Shown: in pieces, positions 31,099-43,169 of the stretch | How the letters are laid out: every line of letters begins with the position of its first letter | How positions within the stretch are numbered: position 1 is the first letter of the stretch | NCBI GenBank assembly: GCA_963832165.1 | Contig: CAWHTE010000007.1 | Location: 384,001 to 448,000 of the forward strand | Length of the DNA: 64,000 bases | Origin: an uncultured delta proteobacterium | GTDB taxonomy: Bacteria; Myxococcota_A; UBA9160; SMWR01 | Direction: 5' to 3' | Position numbers and translations under genes: made by a program | The notes under the pieces: model-generated | Database searches by the model: none | Told to the model about the DNA's origin: nothing | What the model saw: the letters and a program-made list of their open reading frames with translations, nothing else

Positions 31099-32688
31099 GT
31101 GAGTGAAGACGAACGCATACAGATCCTGTTGGTCGATGATCAACCCGGAAAGCTGCTCTCCTACGAGGCGATGCTTTCCGACCTCGACGCGACGCTGATC
31201 CGCGCGACGTCGGCGAGCGAGGCGCTCGACCAGCTGCTGCGGGCGGACATCGCAGTCGTGCTGATCGACGTCTGCATGCCGGGCCTCGACGGCTTCGAGC
31301 TCGCGGCGATGATCCGCGGGCACCCGCGCTACCGGAACACCGCGATCATCCTGGTGTCGGCCGTGCTCGTGAACGACGTCTACCGCCTCAAGGGCTATCA
31401 CGCGGGCGCGATGGACTACGTCGGCGTTCCGGTCGTCCCCGAGATCCTGCGCGCGAAGGTGGGGGTGTTCGCGGACCTGTACCGCAAGAGCCGACGCCTC
31501 GAGCGCATGAACGAGGAGCTCGAGCGCCGCGTCGAGGAGCGCACCGCGGCGCTGCGCGCGAGCGATCGGCGCAAGGACGAGTTCCTCGCGATCCTCGCGC
31601 ACGAGCTGCGCAACCCGCTCGCGCCGATGCTCAACTCGATCCATCTGCTGCGATCCGAAGCAGAGCCCGTGCAGCGCAGCCATTCGGTCAACGTGATCGA
31701 TCGCCAGCTCGGCCACCTCGTGCGCCTCGTCGACGATCTGCTCGACGTCTCCCGGATCACGACCGGCAAGCTCGAGCTGCGCTCGGAGTCCGTGAAGCTG
31801 ATCGAGGCGCTCGAGCACGCGGTCGAGCGCGTCGAGCCCGAGATCAAGCACAAGAGTCAGCAGCTCTACGTCGAGGTGGAGGACGACGGACTCGTCGTCG
31901 AAGGCGACGAGATGCGGCTCACGCAGATCTTCTCGAACCTGCTCCAGAACGCGAGCAAGTTCACAGAGCGCGGCGGGAACATCGCGATTCGCGCGGGCCG
32001 GTCGGGCAGCGAGGTCGAGGTCGCGGTGCGCGACAGCGGCGACGGCATCGAGCCCGCAATGCTCGAGAAGATCTACGACATCTTCTCGCAGGGCGATCGC
32101 ACGCTCGAGCGGCGCCACAGCGGTCTCGGGATCGGCCTCACGATCGTCAAGCGCCTCGTCGAGATGCACCACGGCACCGTCGTGGCGCGGAGCGAGGGCC
32201 CCGGCACTGGCAGCGAGTTCACGGTTCGCCTGCCGCTGCCCGCGGTGTCCGAGAGCGTGAGCGAGCAGCGTGACGAGCCGATCGATTGGGAGCCCTCGGC
32301 GCAGCGCGTGCTCGTGGTCGACGACAATCACGACAGTCTCGAGAGCCTCTCGGCGCTGCTCGAGCTGCAGGGCAACGAGGTGCGCACGGCCTGCGACGGA
32401 GTGCGCGCGGTGGCGGAGGCGGAGGCGTTCCGCCCGGACGTCGTGCTGCTCGACGTCGGTATGCCGAACATGAACGGTTACGACGCGTGCCGGCTGATCC
32501 GCGCCCAGGAGTGGGGCCGCAACATGCTGCTCGTGGCGCTCACGGGCTGGGGCCAGGAGGAGGACCGCGCGCGCAGCCAGGCGGCCGGCTTCGATCACCA
32601 CTTCGTGAAGCCGGTCGATCCGAAGGTGCTGATCCGCTACCTCGGCCGGCACTCCGCGAAGCGCGAAGAGCTGCGCGCCGGCCGCTAG
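31099..32688 (+). CDS. REC-HisKA-HATPase-REC hybrid sensor kinase
   Basis: [28 protein letters not shown]-terminal VLVVDD...DVGMP. Confidence 0.93.
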   Translation: MSEDERIQILLVDDQPGKLLSYEAMLSDLDATLIRATSASEALDQLLRADIAVVLIDVCMPGLDGFELAAMIRGHPRYRNTAIILVSAVLVNDVYRLKGYHAGAMDYVGVPVVPEILRAKVGVFADLYRKSRRLERMNEELERRVEERTAALRASDRRKDEFLAILAHELRNPLAPMLNSIHLLRSEAEPVQRSHSVNVIDRQLGHLVRLVDDLLDVSRITTGKLELRSESVKLIEALEHAVERVEPEIKHKSQQLYVEVEDDGLVVEGDEMRLTQIFSNLLQNASKFTERGGNIAIRAGRSGSEVEVAVRDSGDGIEPAMLEKIYDIFSQGDRTLERRHSGLGIGLTIVKRLVEMHHGTVVARSEGPGTGSEFTVRLPLPAVSESVSEQRDEPIDWEPSAQRVLVVDDNHDSLESLSALLELQGNEVRTACDGVRAVAEAEAFRPDVVLLDVGMPNMNGYDACRLIRAQEWGRNMLLVALTGWGQEEDRARSQAAGFDHHFVKPVDPKVLIRYLGRHSAKREELRAGR

Positions 32689-32707
32689 GCGGGTCGATCC
32701 GCCCTAC
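32688..32707 (-). repeat. GTAG-type REP-like palindrome between convergent genes
   Basis: Reverse complement = GTAG GGCGG-atcgac-CCGCC; its TAG is the stop of the GNAT-like gene. Confidence 0.6.
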
Positions 32708-33768
32708 CGGCGCGCGAAGTCTCGTCGGTAGGCGAGGTAGTTGGCGCGCAGCACACCGCCGAGGCCTTCGCCCGTGCGACGCGACGGCCAGTTATCGTCG
32801 AGCACGAGCGTGTAGGCGACGTGCGAGAATCCGCGCTGCACGAGCTCGAGGTAGCCGTAGGCCGCCATCGCGTAATTGAGACCGCGGCCGCGCGCGCGCG
32901 GCAGCACGCCGATCGCGAGCGAGTTCGTGCCTTCGCCGGGCCGCGGTGCGCGCCCTTCGGCGTGCGAGACGTCGTCGGGCATCACGAAGCAGAAGCCGAC
33001 CGGCTCACCGTCGGAGAATGCGAACACCGAGCTGTCGAGCACGGGTTGACCGTCGAGCACGAACAGTCCGACGAGCCCGGGCGAGAGCGGACTCCAGCCC
33101 CAGTGGCTCGCGAACGTCGCGTTCCAGAGATCACAGAGCTGCTGGGCGCGCTGCGGGTGCGGGAACTCGCGAAACGGCGCGAGCTCGAAGCCGGCGCGCT
33201 GCGCGCTCTCGAGCGAGCTCTGCCAGCGCTCCACGAGGTGCGGCAGCACGGGCATCGAGTAGTCGACGAAGCCGCGCTCGGTCTCGAAGCCCGCACCCTT
33301 GATCAGCGCGTGGTACTCGCGCGGGTTCTGCCGCAGCGTGCTCGGCGGCAGCGCCTCGTAGTCGTCGGTCGTGAATGGTGTCTCGAGCAGGCCGAAGCCG
33401 TTGCGCGCGGCCTGCATGCCGCGCTCCGCGAGCCATGCGCACGCGGCGTCGAGCAGCTGGCGCACCGCCTCGCGTGCGCCCGGCTCCGCTTCGAACATGA
33501 GCAGGTGGCCGACGCGTTCGTTCCAGTGCTTCAGGTAGGGTCCGTCCACGGCCGCGCACACGCGCGCGACGACCTCGCCGCCTTCGCGCGCGACGAAGGG
33601 CTGGAGCTCGCGCTCCTGCGTGGCGGCGGTCAAGCCGAGCAACATCGGCCCGTGCAGCGGCGGGCTCTGCCAGCGCACCGCGCGGGATGCGTACACGCGG
33701 TCGTGCAGCGCCACGAACTCGGCGATCGCGTCCTTGCCCTCGGCCTTTTCGATCCGGATCGAAGCCAC
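32704..33768 (-). CDS. GNAT-fold (YghO-like) acyltransferase-like protein
   Basis: GEVVARVCA...GHLLMFE, HWGWSP, IGVLPRARGRGL, VLDDNWPS. Confidence 0.7.
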   Translation of the reverse strand: MASIRIEKAEGKDAIAEFVALHDRVYASRAVRWQSPPLHGPMLLGLTAATQERELQPFVAREGGEVVARVCAAVDGPYLKHWNERVGHLLMFEAEPGAREAVRQLLDAACAWLAERGMQAARNGFGLLETPFTTDDYEALPPSTLRQNPREYHALIKGAGFETERGFVDYSMPVLPHLVERWQSSLESAQRAGFELAPFREFPHPQRAQQLCDLWNATFASHWGWSPLSPGLVGLFVLDGQPVLDSSVFAFSDGEPVGFCFVMPDDVSHAEGRAPRPGEGTNSLAIGVLPRARGRGLNYAMAAYGYLELVQRGFSHVAYTLVLDDNWPSRRTGEGLGGVLRANYLAYRRDFARR

Positions 33769-33853
33769 GCGCGCATGCTAGATCACGCCGCGCTCGGGCG
33801 CGGCAGGCGCATCGATCTGCGCGCACTAGACTCGGCTGGGGGCTACCCGCCGG

Positions 33854-35614
33854 ATGCGTTGTGCGATCTTCGTCGCCGGGTTCCTGTTAGCGGCCTCCGC
33901 GTCGGGTGCGGAGCTGATCGTCGCCGGCCAGCAGAGCCAGAACCTGCTCGGCTTCGACGCCGCGAGCGGCGCATTCACGCGCGTGTTCGCGCACACGATC
34001 GACCAGGGATTTCGCAACCCCGGCGGAATCGCGCTGCGGCCCACCGACGGTGCGCTGTTCGTGTCGAGCCGCGGCACGGGCGAGATCTGGCGCTACGACA
34101 CGGCGACCGGCGCGCTCCTCACGCCGGTGGTGAAGACGGGCCTGCGCACTCCCAACGGGATCGACTTCGCAGCGTCGGGTGCGTTGCTCTATTTCGCCGA
34201 CGCCAACGACATCGACTCCGAGTCCGACGATGCGGTGAAGCGGCTCGATCTCGCGAGCGGCACGGTGACGACGCTCGGCTCGACCGCGAGTGCCGAGTTC
34301 GCCGACGTCGCCGTGAACGGCAGCGACGTGTACGCGGTCGACAGCGACGGAGGCCGCGTGGTGCGGTTCCCGGCCGCGGGCGGTGCCGGCGCGACGGTGA
34401 TCGGCGCGGGGCTCACGGATCCCTCCGATCTCGCATTCCGCTCGGCGACGCGTCTGCTGGTCGCCGACACGGGGGCGGATCGCGTGGTCGAATACCTGAA
34501 CACGGGCGGGAGCTGGGTGTTCGATCGCGTCGTCCTGCCGGCGAGCTCGGGCGTGCAGGATCCCTGCGCGCTCGCGATCGCGCCGAGCGGGGCACTCGCC
34601 GTCGCCGGCTGCCTGTCGAACGCTGTGGTGTCGATCGACCTCGCCACGCTCGCGGTCACGCCGCTGGTCGCACCCGGCGCCGGCGGGCTCGCGAGCCCGA
34701 AGGACCTGGCGTGGAGCGGCACGACGCTCCTGGTCGCGAACCCGATCGCGAACGCGGTGGTCTACTACGACGCGTCGGGTGCGCCGAGCGGCGTGCGCGC
34801 GCAGGGCGTCACGTCCGCACTCGACGGCGGAATCGCGCTGTCGGCGGACGCGACGCGCGTCGCGGTCGCGAGCGTGTCTGCCGACGAGGTCATCGAGCAC
34901 GCCGCCTCCACGGGCGCACCGCTGCGCAGCCTGGGCGACGTGTGCGGCGGCCTCTTCCCGAACGACGTCGCATACGGCCCGAGCGGGGACCTGTTCGTTG
35001 CGTGCTTCGGCGGAAACAGCGTGAACCGGATCGACTCCGCCAGTGGAGCGGTCAGCACATTCGTGTCGGGCGGCAACGGCGGGCTCTTCGCTCCGCGCCA
35101 GCTCGCGTTCGGCCCGAACTCCGATCTGTTCGTAGCGAGCGCGAGCGGCGAGCTGCTGCAGTTCGACGGCGCGTCGGGCAGCTTCCTGGGCGCGTTCGTC
35201 GACGCGACCGGAAACGGCGGCGGCGCCCTCGATCCCTACGGTTTCGCATTCCACGGTGGGCTCTTGTACGTGACGTCGTTCTTCACCGACTCGGTCGCGG
35301 TGTTCTCTGGAACCACGGGTGCGTTCGTCGCGACGCGCGTCGCGAGCGGCAGCGGTGGCCTCGATGAGCCGACCGCGCTCGCATTCGCACCCGACGGCGC
35401 GCTGCTCGTCGCGAGCCACGGCGACGACAACGTGCGCCGCTACGACGCGGGCACGGGCGCATACCTCGGCGCGCTCGTGCCTGCGGGCGCGCACGGGCTC
35501 GCGGCGCCGGTCGATCTCGCGGTGCTGCCCGAGCCCAGCGCGATGCTCGGGATCGGCGCGGGCTGTGCGGTGCTCGCCGCGCTCGCACGTCGGCGGCGCG
35601 AGAGGCCCCGGTGA
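33854..35614 (+). CDS. Secreted NHL/beta-propeller protein with a PEP-CTERM-like sorting signal
   Basis: Signal peptide; GL..P..LAF.PDG.L.V repeats; C-terminal LPEPS + TM + RRRR. Confidence 0.82.
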   Translation: MRCAIFVAGFLLAASASGAELIVAGQQSQNLLGFDAASGAFTRVFAHTIDQGFRNPGGIALRPTDGALFVSSRGTGEIWRYDTATGALLTPVVKTGLRTPNGIDFAASGALLYFADANDIDSESDDAVKRLDLASGTVTTLGSTASAEFADVAVNGSDVYAVDSDGGRVVRFPAAGGAGATVIGAGLTDPSDLAFRSATRLLVADTGADRVVEYLNTGGSWVFDRVVLPASSGVQDPCALAIAPSGALAVAGCLSNAVVSIDLATLAVTPLVAPGAGGLASPKDLAWSGTTLLVANPIANAVVYYDASGAPSGVRAQGVTSALDGGIALSADATRVAVASVSADEVIEHAASTGAPLRSLGDVCGGLFPNDVAYGPSGDLFVACFGGNSVNRIDSASGAVSTFVSGGNGGLFAPRQLAFGPNSDLFVASASGELLQFDGASGSFLGAFVDATGNGGGALDPYGFAFHGGLLYVTSFFTDSVAVFSGTTGAFVATRVASGSGGLDEPTALAFAPDGALLVASHGDDNVRRYDAGTGAYLGALVPAGAHGLAAPVDLAVLPEPSAMLGIGAGCAVLAALARRRRERPR

Positions 35615-36252
35615 GTCGACGCACGCTCGCCGCGGCCGTCGTCCTGGTGCTCGCGGCACTCGCTGCGTTCGTGTGGCTCGATCGCGCGCGCGGTCCGCGC
35701 GCGATGAAGGAGGGCGAGGCGCTTCCGCTCGGTGAGAAGGTCGAGATGCATTTCGAAGACGCAAAGACCGGCGAGCCGGAGACCTGGACGCTCGAGAAGA
35801 AGCAGACCACGCGGGAGGAGGCCGTGCGACCGATCGAGCTCCCGAAGCCCGATCCGGCAGCCGCCGAGCATCGGCCGAACGAATCGGCGCGCGCGCTCGA
35901 TGGGCTCGGAATCGCGGAGTGGAGGCGCGGGGACCTCGCGAAGGCCGCCGCGCAGCTCGAGGCGGCCGTGGCCGCCGATCCCGACGACCGCGTGCCGCGT
36001 TCACACCTCGGGCGCCTGCTCACGATGATGACCGACTACGAGCGGGCGCTCCCGCATCTCGAGCGAGCGGCTGCGCTCGCGCCCGACGACCCCCAGGTCT
36101 GGCTCGACCTCCAGTCGTTCTACGAACGCAGCCAGCGCATCGAGGGAGTCGAGCCGGCGCGCGCACGCGCCGAGGCACTCGCCAACGGTCGGCCGATCGG
36201 GCAGGACTGGGCGGGCTTCTGGACGATCGAGGGAGCGGAGGAGATTCCCTGA
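35611..36252 (+). CDS. Membrane-anchored TPR protein
   Basis: N-terminal TM; A.AADPDD...LG, LERAAALAPDDP TPR-like repeats. Confidence 0.75.
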   Translation: MSRRTLAAAVVLVLAALAAFVWLDRARGPRAMKEGEALPLGEKVEMHFEDAKTGEPETWTLEKKQTTREEAVRPIELPKPDPAAAEHRPNESARALDGLGIAEWRRGDLAKAAAQLEAAVAADPDDRVPRSHLGRLLTMMTDYERALPHLERAAALAPDDPQVWLDLQSFYERSQRIEGVEPARARAEALANGRPIGQDWAGFWTIEGAEEIP

Positions 36253-36384
36253 CCTCGGGCGATGATGATCCGACCGCAATTTGGTGCTCGCGACCACTTG
36301 ATTCGCCATTCGAACTAGTCCAGGATCCTCTTGGTTCTGGGCCGCCAACAAGCCGGCTCGTCACCGGCCCACGAGGGGTGTGTG

Positions 36385-37638
36385 ATGCGGACTTCGCGAT
36401 TCGCTCAGTCGACGTTTGTCTGGACGTTTGCGTTGGGGTTAGTGCTGCTCGCCGCCGCACCGGCGCTCGCGGACACGACGATCACCGGGGAGAAGCTCGG
36501 AGCCTTCTTCCAGATCACCGTGCCGGATGATTGGAACGGCGACCTCGTGATCAACAACCACGGCTTCGACTTCAATTCGCCCGCGGCAAATCCCGGGCTC
36601 GGACCGCTCGCGCCGCTGATGCTCTCGGAGGGATACGCGGTCGCCGCGTCGAGCTACAGCAACTGCTGCTGGACGCTGTTCAGCACGCAGCAGGACATGA
36701 ATCGGCTCATCGGCATCGTCACCGCGAACTTCGGAGCTCCGAACAACGTGATCCTTCACGGCTTCAGCCTCGGCGGCATCGTCTCCGCGCAGGGGATCGA
36801 GAAGCTCGGCGCGAACGTGGTCGGCGCATACCCGGTCTGCGGGGCGCTCTCGGGCAGCCGCTCCTGGGACGGTGCGATCGACCTGCGCCTCGTCTACGAC
36901 GCGGTCTGCGCGGGGGTAGCCGGCGGGACGTTCCCGGGCGGCGCGACGGGTCTGCCGTCGCCGGGCTTCCCGGCGGGTGGGCTCTCGCCGACAGCGGTCG
37001 CGACCGCGGTGAACACGTGCACGGGCGTGCTCACGCCGCCGGCGTTCCGCACGCCCGAGCAGCAGGCGCGGCTGGATACGCTGAAGGCGGTCACGCAGCT
37101 GCCCGAGAGCTTCATCATCCTCGACATGGTGTTCGTGACGAACGGTCTGTCGAACCTGATCTGGGCCGCCGACAAGCTCGCGGGCGGCCAGGGCGTCGGC
37201 AACGTCGGCGTCACCTACAACGACGAGACGATCGACGACGAGATCCAGCGCGTCGCGTACGACCCCCAGGCGCACAAACGGCTGGAGCGGTACTTCACGC
37301 CCAAGGGCGACGTCGGCGCGACCAAGATCGTGTCGCTGCACACCGACGGAGACGGCCTCGTGATCGTCGAGAACGAGGAAGACTACGCGGACAAGGTTCC
37401 GGCCGCGAACCTGACCACGGCGATCGTCGACGAGCCCGGCAACACCCACTGCACGGGCATCAGCGGGCCCGAGCTGATCGCCGGTTGGGAGTCGCTGCGC
37501 GGCTGGATCGCGGGCGGGCCGCAGCCGACAGCGGCGGGCATCCAGGGCGTGTGCCTGGCGATCGGGCCGGCAGACCAGTGCAGGATCGATCCGGCATTCG
37601 TCGTCGGCGAGTTCGACGCTCGCGTTCCGCCGCGCTGA
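36385..37638 (+). CDS. Secreted alpha/beta-hydrolase-fold protein
   Basis: Signal peptide; WNGDLVINNHG, GFSLGG nucleophile elbow, late D and H (NTHC). Confidence 0.75.
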   Translation: MRTSRFAQSTFVWTFALGLVLLAAAPALADTTITGEKLGAFFQITVPDDWNGDLVINNHGFDFNSPAANPGLGPLAPLMLSEGYAVAASSYSNCCWTLFSTQQDMNRLIGIVTANFGAPNNVILHGFSLGGIVSAQGIEKLGANVVGAYPVCGALSGSRSWDGAIDLRLVYDAVCAGVAGGTFPGGATGLPSPGFPAGGLSPTAVATAVNTCTGVLTPPAFRTPEQQARLDTLKAVTQLPESFIILDMVFVTNGLSNLIWAADKLAGGQGVGNVGVTYNDETIDDEIQRVAYDPQAHKRLERYFTPKGDVGATKIVSLHTDGDGLVIVENEEDYADKVPAANLTTAIVDEPGNTHCTGISGPELIAGWESLRGWIAGGPQPTAAGIQGVCLAIGPADQCRIDPAFVVGEFDARVPPR

Positions 37639-37720
37639 TCCGCGCGACGACCTCGCTGCGATCGCGTGGAGGGGTGAGAGCTTGCTCCTCGTGGTGATCT
37701 CCCGTGGGGCGTGATCTGTA

Positions 37721-37750
37721 AGGGCGGCCCTGCTCCCGCGAGGCCGCCCT
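37721..37750 (+). terminator. GC-rich hairpin
   Basis: AGGGCGGCC...GGCCGCCCT, 9-bp stem. Confidence 0.35.
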
Positions 37751-37947
37751 CCTCCTGAGCCACCCACACGCATCAGCCACGAACGGCGGCGCACTTCGAG
37801 CCGCCCGCTCCGGGGCATTTTGACCGGGTGCTGCTTCTCGGCCGGCGGCAGGAAGCCAGCTTGCTTCGCCTATTCTCTGCCGGTCGAGCTCGAACGAATG
37901 GTTTGGCCGACCTGGGCGATTCCTCCACGCGGAACTAACAGACAGGG

Positions 37948-40495
<2,548 letters not shown>

Positions 40496-40496
<1 letters not shown>

Positions 40497-41248
40497 TGCT
40501 GCGCACGGCGGCGCACGCAGCCGCCGCGCTCTGCCTGGCCGCGCTCGCAGCGGCGCCCGCGCGCGCGGTGATCCCGCAGCCCGCGCGGATCGCGCGCGCG
40601 GTGGCCGAGATGAATGCGGCGTCGGGTCGCAGCTCACCGCTCCTGTTCTCGGTAAAGCTGCGCGTCGATGGCGCCGCGCCGTCGGCCGAGGGCGAGCTCG
40701 CCGTGCATCCCTCGGGTCTCGCGCGGCTCGAGCTGCGCAACACCTGGGGCGGATTCGTCGAGCGGCACCTGCTCCAGAGCAGCTCGTATCAGGCGAGCCG
40801 CAACGGCGAGATGCTGGAAGATCCCCATCCATTCCTGCCGCCGGTATTCCTGCTCCAGGCCAGCTCGGGCGAGGCGCTCGGGGCCGCGCTCTCGACGTTC
40901 GGCGTCGACGGCCAGCAGGTGGTGCTCGGCAAGCTCGGCTCGCACGACTGTTATGTATTTGGCGGGCGCACGATCGGACCCGCCGAAGCGGAGCATCCCC
41001 TGCCCTCGTTCTGGGTGGACATGGCGAGCTTCGAGCCGCAGCGGATCGTGCGCGCAGACGGCGTCGAGTACCGCTTCGGCCCGCTCCAGACGTTCGGGGG
41101 GATCCGCGCGCCGAGCTTCATCGACGTGATCGCGCCGAACCTGCGCGCGCGGCTCGAGATCACGCGCGTCACGCGCGCCGAGGCGCCCGCGGCGCTGTTC
41201 CAGCGCGGTTGGCTCACGTCCGCTACGGGTGCGCCCGCTTCCAAGTAG
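40496..41248 (+). CDS. Secreted hypothetical protein, beta-rich (possibly LolA-like fold)
   Basis: Signal peptide (AAAPARA); overlaps the eno stop; host-like codon usage. Confidence 0.6.
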
Positions 41249-41435
41249 CGGTAAATCCAGCTTTTTCCGGCGGCCCTCAGCGCGCAGAGCGGATTTTTCG
41301 CCTGCGCGCGCAATCTAGGCCTAAAGGAACTTGGCAGGAATACCGAACACCGGGATGTCTTCGGTGGAGCCGATTCCACTGGCCCGGCAGCGGGTTCAGG
41401 CTCCGCCCTACGCACTAGCGAGAAAGGAGCATCCA

Positions 41436-42041
41436 ATGTCCGAGAAGAACCGCTTGAACGTTCTGGTGGTGGATCCCGACGAGGGCACCGTCCTCGATCT
41501 CAAGGAGATGATCACCGAGCTGGGCTACCGCGTGTCGTCGAACACGAACCCCGAGGCCGTGATCGAGGAGATCAAGCACGGGACCTACCAGATCGTGGTC
41601 GCCGACGTGTCGCCGCCCTCGGACCGCGCGCTCGACCTGCTCGCGCGCATGCGCTCCGCCGACTCGGACCTGTGCGTGATCTCGATGACCGCGATGCCCA
41701 CCGTCGACGTGGCTGTGCGCGCGATGAAGCAGCACGCGTTCGACTACCTGCAGAAGCCGGTCGAGTTCGAAGAGCTGCGCCACGTGATCGAAGCGGCGAT
41801 CCGCGAGAAGGGCCTGCTCGTCGACGTCGAGACCCGGCTCAACCAGATCGTGGGCAAGCGACTGCGCGAGCGCCGCTCGGAGTCGACGCTCACGCTCAAG
41901 CAGCTCGCGAACCGCACGGGACTGTCGGTCTCGCTGATCTCGCAGATCGAGCTCGGCAAGTCGGCGGCCTCGATGTCGACGCTCTACAAGCTCGCCACCG
42001 CCCTCCAGGTGCGGATGACCTACTTCTTCGAGACCGTCTGA
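41436..42041 (+). CDS. Response regulator: REC + XRE-type HTH
   Basis: VLVVD, AFDYLQKP, LTLKQLANRTGLSVSLISQIELG. Confidence 0.88.
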   Translation: MSEKNRLNVLVVDPDEGTVLDLKEMITELGYRVSSNTNPEAVIEEIKHGTYQIVVADVSPPSDRALDLLARMRSADSDLCVISMTAMPTVDVAVRAMKQHAFDYLQKPVEFEELRHVIEAAIREKGLLVDVETRLNQIVGKRLRERRSESTLTLKQLANRTGLSVSLISQIELGKSAASMSTLYKLATALQVRMTYFFETV

Positions 42042-42086
42042 CCCACACCGCGGCGGGGAAGACCCGCCGGGGTATGATTCTGCGCG

Positions 42087-43169
42087 ATGCGATCGGTCGA
42101 GGAAGCGCGGCCGCGGCCCGGGCTGTCGGTGCCCGTGGTGACGGTGCTCGACGCCCAGGGCGAGCTCGACCCCGAGGGCCAGCGCGCGCTCGTGCGCTTC
42201 GTGGTGCAGGACGGCTACGGCGCCGACATCGTGTTCGCGGCCGGCACCACGGGCGAGTGGGATCGGATCGACAACGACGTGCGCCAGCGCGTCGTGCAGA
42301 TCTGCGCCGAGGAGGTGGCGAAGTGCAACGCCGCGCTCGGCCGCGGCGACCGGCCGATCGAGGCATGGGCCGGGGTCACGGCGCACTCGCGCGAGGAGAC
42401 GCTCGCGAATCTCGACTTCGCGATCGCGCACGGCGCCGACGCCGCGGTGCTCGCGCCGCTCTCGATCGAGGGTGTGGCCGATCCCGTGGCGTTCGTGGCG
42501 CGCGACGTGGCGGACCTGCTCGACGCGCGCCGCCGCCGCATCCCGGTGTACCTCTACGACAACGCCGACATCGCCATCGACCCGCGCGTGCCGCACATCC
42601 GCACGCGTCAGGTCAAGGCGATGAGCCGCCTCGACTTCGTGCGCGGGATCAAGGTCTCCGCGTCGAAGAAGGTGCTCGGCAACTACACGCGCGCCGCGGC
42701 GGGCTTCTCGGAGCGCGGTGAATTCGGCATCTACGTCGGCAACGCGATGTTGATCTTCGACCTGTTCCGGCCGCGCACGGGCTGGCTCGGCACGGTCGCG
42801 GAGCACTGGAACCGGTACCGGCTCCAGGGCGGACTGCCGATCGGCGTCGTGTCTGGACCCGCGAACGCCATGCCGCGCGAGTGGGCCCGCGCGTGGCAGG
42901 TCGCGCGATCGGGCGACGCCGAGCGCATGGAGCGCGCGCGGGAGATCGCGCTCGCATTCGGCGCGAGCTGCCAGACGCCCGCCGGCAAGCGCTCGATCGC
43001 CTGCATCAAGCGCGCATTGCGCCACCTCGGCGTGATCGAGTGTGACGCCGTGGCACCGGGCACGCCCGCGCTCGCGCCCGAGCACGTCGACGCGTTCGAC
43101 GCCGCGTTCGACGCTGTTCGGGCGCAGGCTAGTTCAGGACTCGGCGCGCTGTGGGTGAGCGTCGCGTGA
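42087..43169 (+). CDS. DHDPS/N-acetylneuraminate-lyase family class I aldolase
   Basis: AGTTGE, GADAAVLAP, YLYDN, GIK (Schiff-base Lys). Confidence 0.82.
   Translation: MRSVEEARPRPGLSVPVVTVLDAQGELDPEGQRALVRFVVQDGYGADIVFAAGTTGEWDRIDNDVRQRVVQICAEEVAKCNAALGRGDRPIEAWAGVTAHSREETLANLDFAIAHGADAAVLAPLSIEGVADPVAFVARDVADLLDARRRRIPVYLYDNADIAIDPRVPHIRTRQVKAMSRLDFVRGIKVSASKKVLGNYTRAAAGFSERGEFGIYVGNAMLIFDLFRPRTGWLGTVAEHWNRYRLQGGLPIGVVSGPANAMPREWARAWQVARSGDAERMERAREIALAFGASCQTPAGKRSIACIKRALRHLGVIECDAVAPGTPALAPEHVDAFDAAFDAVRAQASSGLGALWVSVA

Noticed and set aside
32821..36004. Long alternative-frame and antisense ORFs (848 aa and 705 aa here, and similar ones throughout)
   Set aside because: Arg/Ala-rich shadow ORFs expected at high GC; they overlap well-supported genes and show no motifs.
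37645..37690. Minus-strand GCAAG...CGCAGCGAG as a family member
   Set aside because: The central hairpin and second half of the core are absent; too degenerate to support.
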